NCBI GenBank assembly: GCA_009914755.4
Contig: CP068257.2
Span: forward strand, 32,960,001 to 33,024,000
Origin: the human T2T-CHM13v2.0 reference genome, Homo sapiens
Direction of reading: 5' to 3'
Length of the DNA stretch: 64,000 bases
The notes under the pieces: generated by a model
Seen by the model: the letters and a program-made list of their open reading frames with translations, nothing else
Databases searched by the model: none
What the model was told of the DNA's origin: nothing
Position numbers and translations under genes: made by a program
Shown here: positions 1 through 13,900 of the stretch, one piece after another
Numbering within the stretch: the stretch's first letter is position 1
How the letters are laid out: each line of letters begins with the position of its first letter

Positions 1-206
<206 letters not shown>

Positions 207-1688
207 TCAGGGAGCACTAGAGGGCCACTGAAGAGTGCCGGAGAGGAATCAGAATACCAGGTAGGAGCTGCTGCGTACTCCAGGCAGGAGTGTTACATGA
301 AAGTGACTGAACCAAGGCAGTTATCCTGAGCACGGGAGAGTGGAAGCAGGCTGAAACATCACTGCTTAGGTGTGAAATCTATAAAACCTTTGGCTAATAT
401 GTAGGAGTGAGAGGGAAGGTGCCAACAATATCTCCCCACTTTCTAGCACAAACAGTGGAGTGGATGGGAGAGGACAAAAGAGGGGCAGCAAGTTCAGGAA
501 CAGATCAAGGCTCAGCTTCGGACACAGTGTGAAAAGTCTGCGGCATGACCGAGGGGACAGCCTGCTGGAAAGTCAGACAGCCAGGTCTGGAGCCCTGCAG
601 AGGGGTGTGGACTGTCAGCCCACTGACTATTAGAAGTACAGGGACCAATAAGATGAGGAAACTGAGGGCACCAAGGTCACACAGTCCAGAGGACAACCAG
701 CATGAAGGCCACATGCAAAAACACAAAAGAGCAAGAGGTGCGTTAGGGAATGTAAGATCTTATATTCTCCTTGACCCTCGTATCTCTGAGAGCTTACCTT
801 ATGATTCTTCTCCCCTCACCTGCAAATATATAGCTTGAGTAGCAGATGAGGCAGGACATCATAACGCCCTCCATATTAAATGAGTTCCGTGAATAGACAG
901 GATCCAGAAAATAAACCCATCTGTTTGATGCAGAACTAAGAACATTAGATTGAGAAACTTGAGGTCTCCTGCTGTAAGCAGCCATCAGCCAGCATCAGCC
1001 AGATCCCCTAGGAATCTGCATCAGAACAAACTACCTATTCTTATCATCTCTCCACTGGGCCTGGTCATCTGTGAGCAGGGTTCCCAGGCAGGTGATTGTC
1101 ACAGGGCGGCAGATCAGAACAGACAGACTAGTTCCAGACCAGGGTCAATTCCTGGTGTCTGCTCTGGTCTTGGTGGCCCCACTCTGGGCCCTGGGGGAAT
1201 GGACCTGCCCAGGGAGGAAGAGAGGCTTTGCAGATGGCCCTTTGCTAAGGGCTCTGGAAGAATCTCCTGAACTTTGTGGGTTCTCTAAGACACCCGCCCT
1301 GACAAGAGTGCCTTTCCAAGAGTGCAGGGCATGTTACCAAGTGTTACCAGAAGTGGTCTCGGTTGCTCTAAATACAGCGCCCAACAGAGTGGGTCCTCCT
1401 GGCCACTCGGTTGGGCTGTGGTCACACCATGCCTGGGAAGAGCGTAGCTGGGTTTCCCATCCCGACTCCAACAGTGACAGATTTGTGTGACTCCAGGCAA
1501 GGTCATCTACCCTTTGGGCCCCTGGTTCCTCACCTGAATAACAACACATACAACAAACAGACAAACAAAAACAAGCCAACAAAAAAAAGGACTTGCATCC
1601 AGTGATTCTCAAATGTGGGGTCCCTCAAAGGTTTTTAGGCCAGTTGTTTAGGAACTGCTTGGAAGAGTTGTTAAAAATGCGATGTTAT

Positions 1689-1986
1689 GGCCGGGCGCGG
1701 TGGCTCATGCCTGTAATCCTAGCACCTTGGGAGGCTGAGGTGGGCAGATCACTTGAGCTCAGGAGTATGAGACCAACCTGGGCAACATGGCAAAACCTAG
1801 TTTCTACCAAAAATACAAAAAATTAGCCAGGTACGGTGGTGCATGCCTGTAGTCCCAGCTACTTGGGAGGCTGGAGGCTGGGGTGAGAAGATCACTTGGG
1901 CCTGGTAGGCAGAGGCTGCAGTGAGCTGAGATTGCGCCACTGCACTCCAGCCTGGGTGACACAGCGAGAGTCCCACCCCCCAAAAA
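1689..1986 (+). mobile_element. Full-length Alu SINE (+) with ~15-bp TSD
   Basis: The Alu left and right monomers and the A-rich linker are readable. Flanking direct repeats aaaaatgcgatgtta (1674-1688) and aaaaatgcaatgtta (1982-1996) serve as the TSD. Confidence 0.9.
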
Positions 1987-3783
1987 TGCAATGTTAAAGA
2001 TAAAGGGTCCAGATCTTTGACCCCAGGCCTTGGGTAGCACCAGGGCATCTGAATTTTTAATAAGCTCTATAGGTGATTCTGATAAACAGCTAGATTTGGG
2101 ACCCACTGGACTAAATGATTACTAAGCTGCCTTCCATCTCTAGCAATGTATGACTCAATGCATGTATGTGACAAATGTTCATGACCAATTCAACAACCAG
2201 GTCCCAAAACCTAACCTAGTACAGTTGCATCACTCAGACATTACTTATGCTTGCTAATGAATCACTCTTAGGCTTTATAGAAAATAGAGTAAAATGAATT
2301 ATTCGAGAGTCTCAAAATAGACCCCAGTCTCCCATTTCCTTCAAATTACATTTTCTAAAACTGAAACACAGTACCAGCCACAACCCAGTCCTCAGAAGAG
2401 GAGAGCGACAGGTTGGCAGGTCCAGAGCCATGAGCCAGGCCACTGGTTTGCAGTTGTGACCTTGAGCAGAAGAATATTTTTTTCTTTAAAATTGCCTTTC
2501 CACTCTGTAAAATAGAAATAACCACTGCTAACCTATCTCCTAGGGCTGCTGAGAATCCACAGGGAAATTACTATCCGTCTGATTCTCCCACTAACACCCG
2601 GTGTCAGAGAACAGAGGGGAAAGTGTCACAGTGCATTACTTTCAGACCCACCGTGTCTGCACAAATATTTCAATGGTTCAAAATAAAAAAGAGCCCAACC
2701 AAGGATTCCCAGTGAGAATGGAAGAGGCCCTGTTTGATTTACTTTCCTGGGAAGTCAAGCCCAGCTTTAGAGCATCAGGAACCATCTTATCTACCCCCGG
2801 GTATGCTAGAGACAGAGGCCGGCCTGCACAGCCTGGTCAGCAGTTGCAACTTTCTTTAGCTAAACCTGCTGGCATTCAGGCCTGATAGTAGGCAGGGTCA
2901 GCGCAAATGGAAAGAATGACAGTGTGTCCTTCCACCTTCCTGAGGCCCTGGCTGATATGGAAACTGGCTGGCACGGGTGGCCATGGAAAGTATGAATCCA
3001 GGCTTGCCTAGGGTTGAATGAGTGAGGAATGATCAGATCAGGCCTGTGTTAAAATATCACCACAGCTCACTTGCCCGGCTATTATCCAGTCACGTCCTCC
3101 GGGTTTCAGGAATGAGATGCTGCAACCCGAAGCAGCTGGAGACAGTGTTTGCAAAAGCAGGCCAGGCAGGCTCCTTGGAGCTGAAGCTGGGTGGAGAGAT
3201 GGGTGTGGTGACTGCCTGCACAGACAGACACCTGTGAAGGGCTGACTTGGCTCCCGGATGCTTTCTCTACAGTTCCTCACCTTTGTGCATGGCTCACCAT
3301 GATCTCCGCCCCACTCTATAGATGAAGGAATCCTTCCTAGAGAGGTCAAGTGTCTGGCTGGTGCTTGCACGAAGAAGGGACCCAAATCCAGGACCCTGTG
3401 ATATCCCTCCTGGCCTTGCAAACTTTCTAGCACCTGGCTGTCTCGTGCACCTACGTATGCACATGGATGCTGTAAATCAAGGCAAAGCACAGGCAGGCAG
3501 GCAACACAGGGGAGGTCTATGGAAAAGGAGGGGTGAGAAGGAAGAAGAGAGTTTTAGGCCAAAAGCTCAAAAATGTTCTTTAGACAAGCACTAGGAGAAC
3601 CACCCAGAAGTCACGAGTCGGGAGTTCTAAGTCCTTGTGGAGATGGACCCACCGTTGTCTCAGAGATGCCTTAGTCTCTACAGGGAAAACCACTGAAAAT
3701 GCCTTCTAGACTGGAAAGTCTAAATAACTAAAATGTTTTCACTTCTCTAATAACTTTTTTTTTTAAGGTCTTAGAATGGAAAG

Positions 3784-3883
3784 ATCCCTATTCCAACGTC
3801 CCAACCAAATCAAGATGCTGTTTCTAGGGTCCAATCCCTATTCCAACATCCCAGCCAAATCAAGACGCTGTTTGTAGGGTCCA
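3784..3883. repeat. Tandem duplication, 2 x 50 bp
   Basis: Two adjacent 50-bp units with 4 mismatches between them. Confidence 0.8.
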
Positions 3884-4959
3884 AACTGCCTCTGCTTAGG
3901 CAGTTCTCAGACTGGGTAGAGAAAGGAAGACTACAAGTTAAGGAGTATTCAAAAACAAAACAAAATGAGTATCTCAGAGAGCTGAAAAATGAATTGCTGT
4001 TGCCCCCAAAGACCCTTTCAGTCTGAGGAAGTATTATTCATGCCCCTCTGCCCTCATACCTGAAAAGCCCCCTCAAATCAAAGATGAGGAATAAGAGGAA
4101 GAAGAAGGAGGAGGAGGAAACAGAATAAATCCCCTGCTCCACGTCTCTGGTTATGGCAGTCAAGCAAGCCTAAAAGAAAAACAGCCATCATTCCCAGGGT
4201 CAATGCCAGTGTATATGAGGAAAAAAAATCACTAAAAATGTAAAGCCTCCATTGCCTACAGGCCCTAAAAATATTACACACTATCAGGGCACTTTGCATG
4301 AAAGTTTTAATACCGTTATTCATGAAAAAAATCTTTGAAAAAAAGGCAGCCCAGGAAGTGGCTGGCCTACATGTGGACCAAAAGGCAGGCTGAGAAGCGT
4401 GTCTCCCACGGGCTCTACAGTACTCTTGCAAAGCAACTGCCTCTCCATTTAGGTCGCAGAATTGGGGACTAGCCTTGTTAGTGACCTCCCAACTCTAAAT
4501 TTGCTATCAAAATGCCAACAGGGCCGATCTCTTTCAAGCCAGACGAGTCATCTACCCTTGTGGGTAGCTTCTCAACTCATCATCCAAGGCAAGGTGTATT
4601 CTGGGCACGAGGTAGGGGAAGATGCAAGTTTCTCCCGGGGGTTGCTTTGGACCTAAAGAGGGGTCTATGCTCATTACCAAAGGCAGTCTGCCCAGCATAA
4701 CCTTTGACACCACGGACTCACTTGAGCCACAGAATGTCATTTATCAATTTAATACATATTCATGAAGCAAGTGCTATTCTTAGGTACTAAGAACTTCCAA
4801 GCTCCTAAGGTACTGGGCACCTAGTGGTAAATGAGACAAAAGCCTTCGTGAAGCTGACGTTCTAGCAAACACAGACAACAGGCAATTATATACCCTGATG
4901 TTGGGGAGTGACCAGTGCTATGAAGACACTTTGAGGACAGATGGTCTGGGGTGGGGGGA

Positions 4960-5300
4960 ATGGTGCGCTCGCTTAGCTAGGGGCTCGGGAAGACATTTCT
5001 GAGGAAGGAGCATCTGGGCAGCGACCTGGGAGGAGTGAGGGAGTAAGCCATGTGGGTATCTGGGGGAAGAACCTTCCGGGAATTCCAGGCTTTGAGGAAG
5101 GGACCACACTTGGCACATGGGAGCAGTAGCAGCAAGGCCAGAGTAGCCCAGCTGTGGTATTGGAGACGCGAGGAGGAGCTGAATCTGGAGAGGGCAGAGC
5201 GGGCCACGTCCTCACATGCCCAGGCAAGCATCTGGAGCCCGCGCTAAATGTGCTCAGAGGACTCAGAGCAAGAGAGTGGCCAGGTTTGATTCATGTTTTC
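4960..5300 (+). mobile_element. Possible L2 LINE 3'-region fragment
   Basis: Partial resemblance to the L2 3' consensus as recalled. The match is degraded and was made by eye only. Confidence 0.3.
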
Positions 5301-5667
5301 AAAACACCACTGGCTGCTCCATTGAGAGGCAGAGCTCCAGAGTGACAAGAGGGAAGCAAGAATGGGGAGGCTTCCGCGATAACACAGGCAGGGGAGGACA
5401 CTGGTTTAGACAGGGGTGAGAGAGGGAGGGTAAAAAGCAGAGGAGCCCAGAACATCATCTGAAGAGGCACCCAGGACTGGCTGCTGGGTTGGCTGTGCGG
5501 TGTGGAGATGGAGGCTGATGCCATTCTAAAGAGTGTCAGAGAGAGAGAGAGAGCCTCTTGCTGGTTGTTTTAGGAACAACAGTGTTGGCTAATAAATTCC
5601 TGCAGACACTCTGAATATAACTGAGAGAGCTCAGCTGGCTCTAACAGCATTATGGACTGAACTATGT

Positions 5668-6345
5668 TCATGTCCTTCACTCCCCACAAGTTTATGTGTT
5701 GAAGCCCTAACCATCAGTACCGTAGAACTGGACTACACAGTTGGCGATAGGGCCTTTTTTTTTTTTTTTTTTTTGAGACAGTTTCACTCTTGTCGCCCAG
5801 GCTAGAGTGCAGTGGTGCAATCTCAGCTCACTGCAACCTCTGCCTCCTGGGTTCAGCGATTCTCCTTCCTCAGCCTCCCAAGTAGCTGGGATTACAGTTA
5901 GGTGCCACCATGCCTGGCTAATTTTGTATTTTTAGTAGAGACAGGGTTTCACCATGTTGGTCAGGCTGGTCTCAAACGCCTGGCCTCAGGTGATCCACCC
6001 ACCTCAGCTGGAGATAGGGCCTTTAAAGAGGCAATTAAGTTAAAATGAGGTCATGAGGGTGGGGCCCCAATCTAATCTGATCGGTGTCTTTGTAAGAGGA
6101 GAGAATGTGGACACATAAAGGGACACTAGGCATGTGCGTGCACAGAGGGAAGACCATGTGAGGACACAGGGAGAAGGCAGCCGTCTACAAGCCAAGGAGA
6201 GAGGCCTCAGGAGGAGCCAAAGCTGCCGGCACCATGATCTCGGACTTCCAGCCTCCAGAACTGTGAGAGAAAAAAGGTCTGTCGTTTAAGCCCCCAATCT
6301 GTGGTATTATGTTAGAGCTGCCCTAGCACACTGATAGAGATAGCC
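5668..6345 (+). mobile_element. MaLR solitary LTR, MLT1-type (+), interrupted by an Alu at 5755-6009
   Basis: Motifs match the MLT1 consensus as recalled (gttgaagccctaacc, ggtcatgagggtggggcc, cctccagaactgtgaga). A second copy of the family lies at 29150-29531. Confidence 0.65.
5755..6009 (-). mobile_element. Alu SINE (-), truncated at its 5' end, inserted into the MLT1 LTR with a ~14-bp TSD
   Basis: A poly-T of 20 nt is followed by the reverse complement of the Alu consensus. The TSD is ggcgatagggcc(ttt) before and ggagatagggccttt after. Confidence 0.9.
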
Positions 6346-6465
6346 TCAATTTTGCTTTGAATTGCTATGAGTTGACAAAGTTAACCACAAGTTAGAGACC
6401 CCATGACCATATCAGCCACTGCAGAGACCTGAAGGCTGACCACTGAAAAAACTACACCCTCCTAT

Positions 6466-6524
6466 ATCACACACACACACATACACACACACACAATTTA
6501 TTATTACACACACATACACACATA
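6466..6524. repeat. (CA)n/(AC)n dinucleotide microsatellite, imperfect
   Basis: cacacacacacatacacacacacacaatttattattacacacacatacacaca. Confidence 0.9.
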
Positions 6525-8038
6525 TTTGTTATTGATTATAATCATAAAGTCTAACTATGAGTTTCTGTTTACTCCCAATTAACTTGGAACAACTTTTCTT
6601 TGAGCCTCCTCCTGAATGGAATAAGGGAATGGTTGTTCCTGCTCCTACTTGGATTCCTGAAGATAGGACTGGCCAAGGACAGCCTGGAACAATCACAGCC
6701 TGCTGCTGTCATCGTGCAACAATTTGTTGCCTGTATTCTAGACGCAGAAAAATCTCACAGCTTATTTCAAGTAATCTCTATTAATATCCCTCCCTGGCCC
6801 TCAAAAGATATTAAGAATCCAAAGGGAAATCAGAAACTCAATTGTGCTAGAAATAGCCAAACTGTCTCATTCAGAATGCATTCACCAAACAACTTCAAAG
6901 CAAAATGATGATGAAAAATAAGCCTTCCAACACCAGAGTATTTCTCTTTTTGAATGTTTCTACCACATCTAAGAAAACAGATGTCACCATGGTTAAAAAA
7001 AAAATTGTACCTTGCAAAAATAAAACTTCATAATGATAGTTCGTTCTTGTGAATAAATCCTCAAATACATCCCTCTTGCAAAAAAGGTTTTCTCTTACTG
7101 ACCACTCTTCTTCCATCACTGACTGCAGTGGAAAATTACATTCCACTGTGAAATATAATCCTGTTGATAGTAACACCTATTGAGGTTTTCATCAAATTGC
7201 TAGATGAGATGGTGTAATTAGGGACAGCCAGGGGGAAAACTACAAAGGACACAGAGGACGTCAGTCCAAAGGAGGTAAAAACTGAAAAGATAATACCTTC
7301 CTCAAACCATTGCAGAAGCGTGTACCTGCTTGCCTGGTGACAAAGTCTTTTTGAAAATCAACCTGTACCCATAATTCTGCTTTCTGACTTTCACCAGAGG
7401 ATTCATAAGAGCATCCTGAATCCAAATAACAAAATTAAATATACACTAACCACCCGTCCTTAATCGCTTCATGTAAATCTGTGGCATTAGAAACTGAAAA
7501 CAAAAATTATCTGAGGGTCATGTTTTGCTATGCATTTAATGGATATTACTTCTGCCTGCTCCAAGGGCAATGTTCAGTTTCCACAAACAGTGTAGTTTAT
7601 TATGAAAAATAATTTATAAATCATTCTTGTTTAAAACAAAATTTTTTTAGGAGAATTAGTAACAGAATTTCAAAAAAGTTGAATAATTTCTAAAGATTAA
7701 GATTTCAACTTCACTCTTTTAATGTATTTAAGGTAATAATCACTTACTTTGGTGATTATTTATAACATTAACAGCTCTAAGAGGCCTTTAAGGGCCATTT
7801 TGTTATACAAAAAAGAAACACATTTATAAGCATTCTTAGAATAATGCTAATGTCATTAGCTACAGAAGCAGCACATGCTAAGATATCAGCTTTAATTTTA
7901 AATTCATATTAGACCTTAATAAAATAAGTCAAGGATGCATTTTGTAATATCTAGAATAACCACTAAAAGAACAGTAATGTCTAACAGGCAAGTTAGTAGA
8001 GGGGGAAAATGAAACAATTTTTAAAAATACATAATTCA

Positions 8039-10330
<2,292 letters not shown>

Positions 10331-10334
10331 TAAT

Positions 10335-10745
10335 TTTATGTGTGAACTTGGCTGGGCCATGGTGCCCAGATACCAGATATATGGACAAACATTATTCTGG
10401 ATGTTTCTGTGCAGGTGTTTTGAGATGCGATTAACATTTAGATTAGTGAACTCTGAGTAAAGTATATTGGCAGGGAGCTCATCCAATCAGTTAAAGGCCT
10501 TAACGGAACAAAAAGACTAGCCTACCCCAAGAAAGAAGGAATCTGCAGCAGAAATCCTTTACACTTGAACTGTAACATCAGTTCATTCCTGGGTCTCCAG
10601 CCTGTCAACCCACCCTGGAGATTTTGGACTTGCCAGTCACTATAATTGTATGAGCCAATTTCTTAAAACAAACTTTTCCCTATATACATATACATCCTAT
10701 TGGTTCTATTTCTCTGGAGAACGCTGTAGTCAATAAGCATTTCAT
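10335..10745 (+). mobile_element. MaLR-type solitary LTR (MLT1A-like)
   Basis: Family motifs gtgtgaacttggctgggccatggtgcccagata, catccaatcag and atcctattggttctatttctctggagaac, ending in CA. Two further copies lie at 12085 and 27597. Confidence 0.6.
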
Positions 10746-10769
10746 AAACATAATGTTGAACAAAAGAAA

Positions 10770-11765
10770 CAAGACACAAATGATGAAAAACATGCTTCCA
10801 CTTATATAAAGTTCCAGACAAGCAAAACTCCTCTATGGTGATGGAGGTCAGCATGGTGGGTAACTTGGTGGGCCATGGTGGTGACTGGTGAGTAATAGCT
10901 GGGGAGGGACATGAAGGATGCTTCCAGGTGTGCTGGCATTGTTCTATTTCTTGACCTGATATGGGTGTGTTTATTTTGTAAAATTTCAGCAAGGTTTTGA
11001 TTTGTGTATTTTTCTGTATGTATGTTATACTTCAATTAGAAAAGTATAGCTTTTTATTGATTATACCTCATAGCCATTAGGATGGCTAGTATCAAAAACA
11101 GAAAATAACAAGAGTTGGCAAGGAGGTAGAGAAATCAGAACTGTTGTGCACTATTGATGAAAATGTAAAATGGTGTAGCCACTGTGCAGAACGGAATGGC
11201 AGCTCCTCAAAAAATTGAAAATAGAATTACCACATGATCCAGCAATTCCACCTCTGTGTATGTATCTAAAAGAATTGAAAGCAGGGTCCTGACGAGATAT
11301 GCTCAATCATGTCCACAGCAGCATCCTTCAAAATAGCCAAGATGGCAGCAACCCCAGTGTAGATCAATGGGAAAATGAATAAACAAAATGTAGTCCATCC
11401 ATACAGTAGAATATTATTCAACCTTAAAAAGGAAGGAAATTTTGAAACATGTACAATATAGATGAACCTTCAGGACATTATGCTAAGTGAGGTAAGCCAG
11501 TCATGAAAAAACAAATACTTAGAAACCTAAAGTAGTCAAATTCATAGACACAGAAAGTAGAATGGTGGTTGCCAGGGGCTGAGGGAAGAGAAAATGGGGA
11601 GTTGATGTTTGACGGATACAGAGTTTCAGTTGTACAAGATGAAAAGTGTTCTGGAGATGTGCTACACAACAATGTGAATATATTTAATATTTAATACCTC
11701 TGAACTGTACATGTAAAGATGGTAAATTTTAAGTTATGTGCATTTTACCACAATTTTTAAAAGTT
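10770..11765 (+). mobile_element. L1M LINE 3'-end fragments (ORF2 C-terminus and 3'UTR)
   Basis: Diagnostic L1M 3'-end blocks as recalled (ccattaggatggctagtatcaaaaacagaaaataacaag, gtagaatggtggttgccaggggctgag) and the terminal ttttaccacaatttttaaaag. Confidence 0.75.
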
Positions 11766-12084
11766 TAGTAAAGAAAAAAATCAAAGCATAATAAAGATTG
11801 TATTCATACTTTGGATCATACAAAGGATCAAGAAGAACATATTTAATTGTAGATCCATTAAATGGGGTCTCCCACTGCTTTTCATTAGGCTTCAGTTGTG
11901 AAAAAGCTTTGTGGATAGCAAAGTGCTAAAACTGGAAGGCTTTTTAAACTCTGATCTTACTACTATCTTTACAGGATTGGTAATTAAAGTTTTAAGAAGG
12001 AGATATAGGTAAAGGATGCTAATTTTCCTGGAAAAGGACATGATCGTTGAAAAAATAAGAGAAGATTTAGAGCAGTTCAGAAGA

Positions 12085-12575
12085 TGTGGTGGTTAATTGC
12101 GTGTGTCAAACTGGCCCCGGTGTGTGCAGACTGAGCATTATCTCTGGAAGTACCTGTGCGGGTGTTTCTGGATGAGATCAGCATTTGAATTGGTGGACTC
12201 TACAAGGTAGACTGCCCTTCCCAATGTGGGTGGGCATCATCTAATCTGCTGGGGGCCTGAAGAGAACAAAAGGCAGGAGAACAAAAGGGGGGAGTCTGCC
12301 CCCTTTTCCTGCCCGCCTGCCTGAGCTGGGACAGCTCATCTCATCTTCTCCCACCCTCGGGCTGGGATTTATACCACCAGCTGCCGTGGTTCTCAGGCCT
12401 TTGGACTAGCCAGTCTCAAGTCTCCAGCCTGCAGATGGCAGACTGTGGGACTTCTCAGCCTCCATAATTATGTAAGCCACATCCTCATGATAAATTTCTT
12501 TATATATCTATATACACATCTACCGCTATGTCTATCCTATTGGTTCTGTTTCCCTGGAGAACCCTGATTGATGCA
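12085..12575 (+). mobile_element. MaLR-type solitary LTR (same family as 10335)
   Basis: Same diagnostic motifs as 10335, including ggttaattgcgtgtgtcaaactgg, ctccagcctgcagatggcagactgtgggacttctcagcctccataatta and tatcctattggttctgtttccctggagaaccctg. Confidence 0.65.
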
Positions 12576-12879
12576 GAAGACTACTGAATATTCTTCAATA
12601 CCCATTTCCCTTTGATCATTACCTTCTGTTCACACTGGCTTCCTGTGTTAGCACACCACAGTCTGTCTGCCAGAGGCCCTTGTGCCAACCATTTCCTCTG
12701 CCTGGACCTTACCAGAGAGGTCCAGACCACCCCCTTCTGAGCTGAGTTTAAAAATCATATCCTCAGAGCGGCCCTCCAGGGCCCCATCAGCACCTCCCAT
12801 TATTGTTTACCACAGCCCCCATGTGCTTAATTCCAGCAGCAATCGCAATCTAATAAACTAAAAAAATAGTATCTGTCTC

Positions 12880-12995
12880 TCCCATGAAAATGTGCACTCC
12901 ACGAGAGCAAAGATATTGCTTTGTTTTCCCCTGGGTCCAGGTACATTGCCAGAACAATTCAATAAATATTTGTTGAATGAACAAATGAATACATA
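12880..12995 (+). mobile_element. MIR SINE 3' portion
   Basis: ttcaataaatatttgttgaatgaacaaatgaat, the characteristic MIR tail, preceded by a MIR-like core. Confidence 0.55.
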
Positions 12996-13689
12996 AATGA
13001 ATATATAATGAGCACACCTCATAGGATACTAACTTTATTACTCTGATCTAGAAGGTAATAAGAACTGGAGACCTACAGGCAAAAAAACTGTCCTGAATTT
13101 CCTTTCTACACTGCATCTCCTGAAGTGAGTGTTTTCTCCACATTATCCTGACATATATTTTTTCATCCTCCTCCCATCCCAGCACCTGCTCAGCACCTGG
13201 TGCCCTTACTGGGTCTGACATTCCAGGATGCTGTGCTTTTTTTACACAGCATTTCCCCCTGCTGGGGCCAGGGACTGAGAAAGGCTGATCTGTCAGATCC
13301 TTGATGGCCCCTGAGTGCAGGGCTTCAGGATGAGATTACAAGAGGACTAGAAGACAGGCTTCCTATATCTGAGAAGCGTGGAATCTCATGGATACACACA
13401 GCTATGTCATAGTTGAAATATTAAGTTTATCTACAGAATTATAGCTGTATATTGGAGTGCTCTGAATACTTGATTTGGATGGTCTAGAAATCCTGGGGCA
13501 CAGCAATATTTTATGTCTTCATCTGGGAGGTCCTAAGAAGGGTTTGCTTATGGAATAAAAGCCCTTATGATCCGTGCACAGCGAGGCCTCTGTAGTGTTC
13601 TGAAGAAGAAACCTGACAGGACACACAAAAATTATTTTCCTCGTGGAGGGCATGGAATCAAGACAGATCCCCGATCCAGTCCTCACTCC

Positions 13690-13900
13690 CTGAACACTGC
13701 CCAGCTTATGCTAAATACGTATTTATGCACCTACTATATACCAGGCACAGTTCTAGGAGCTGATAATGTAGCCGTGAACAAAATGAAACCCCTGCCCACA
13801 TGCTGTCCACATTCTGATAGGAAAAGATGGACAATCTGTAATCAGTACAACACAGTGTGCCCTCTGGACATAAGGGAGGGGCACAGAGAAAAAAACAAAG
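13690..13900 (-). mobile_element. MIR-family SINE (-)
   Basis: tatttatgcacctactatataccaggcacagttctagg is the reverse complement of the MIR 3' end (gcacagtgcctggcacatagtagg...caataaata). Confidence 0.5.

Noticed and set aside
10335-10745. First impression that these TG...CA repeats (also at 12085, 27597, 43983, 51330, 59626) were L1 3'UTR variants
   Set aside because: They begin TG and end CA. They share the MaLR 3' terminal structure (…ataaat…tatggtatt…gcagc…actaa(t/g)aca). The antisense copies are exact reverse-complement counterparts. Solitary MaLR LTRs explain them better.
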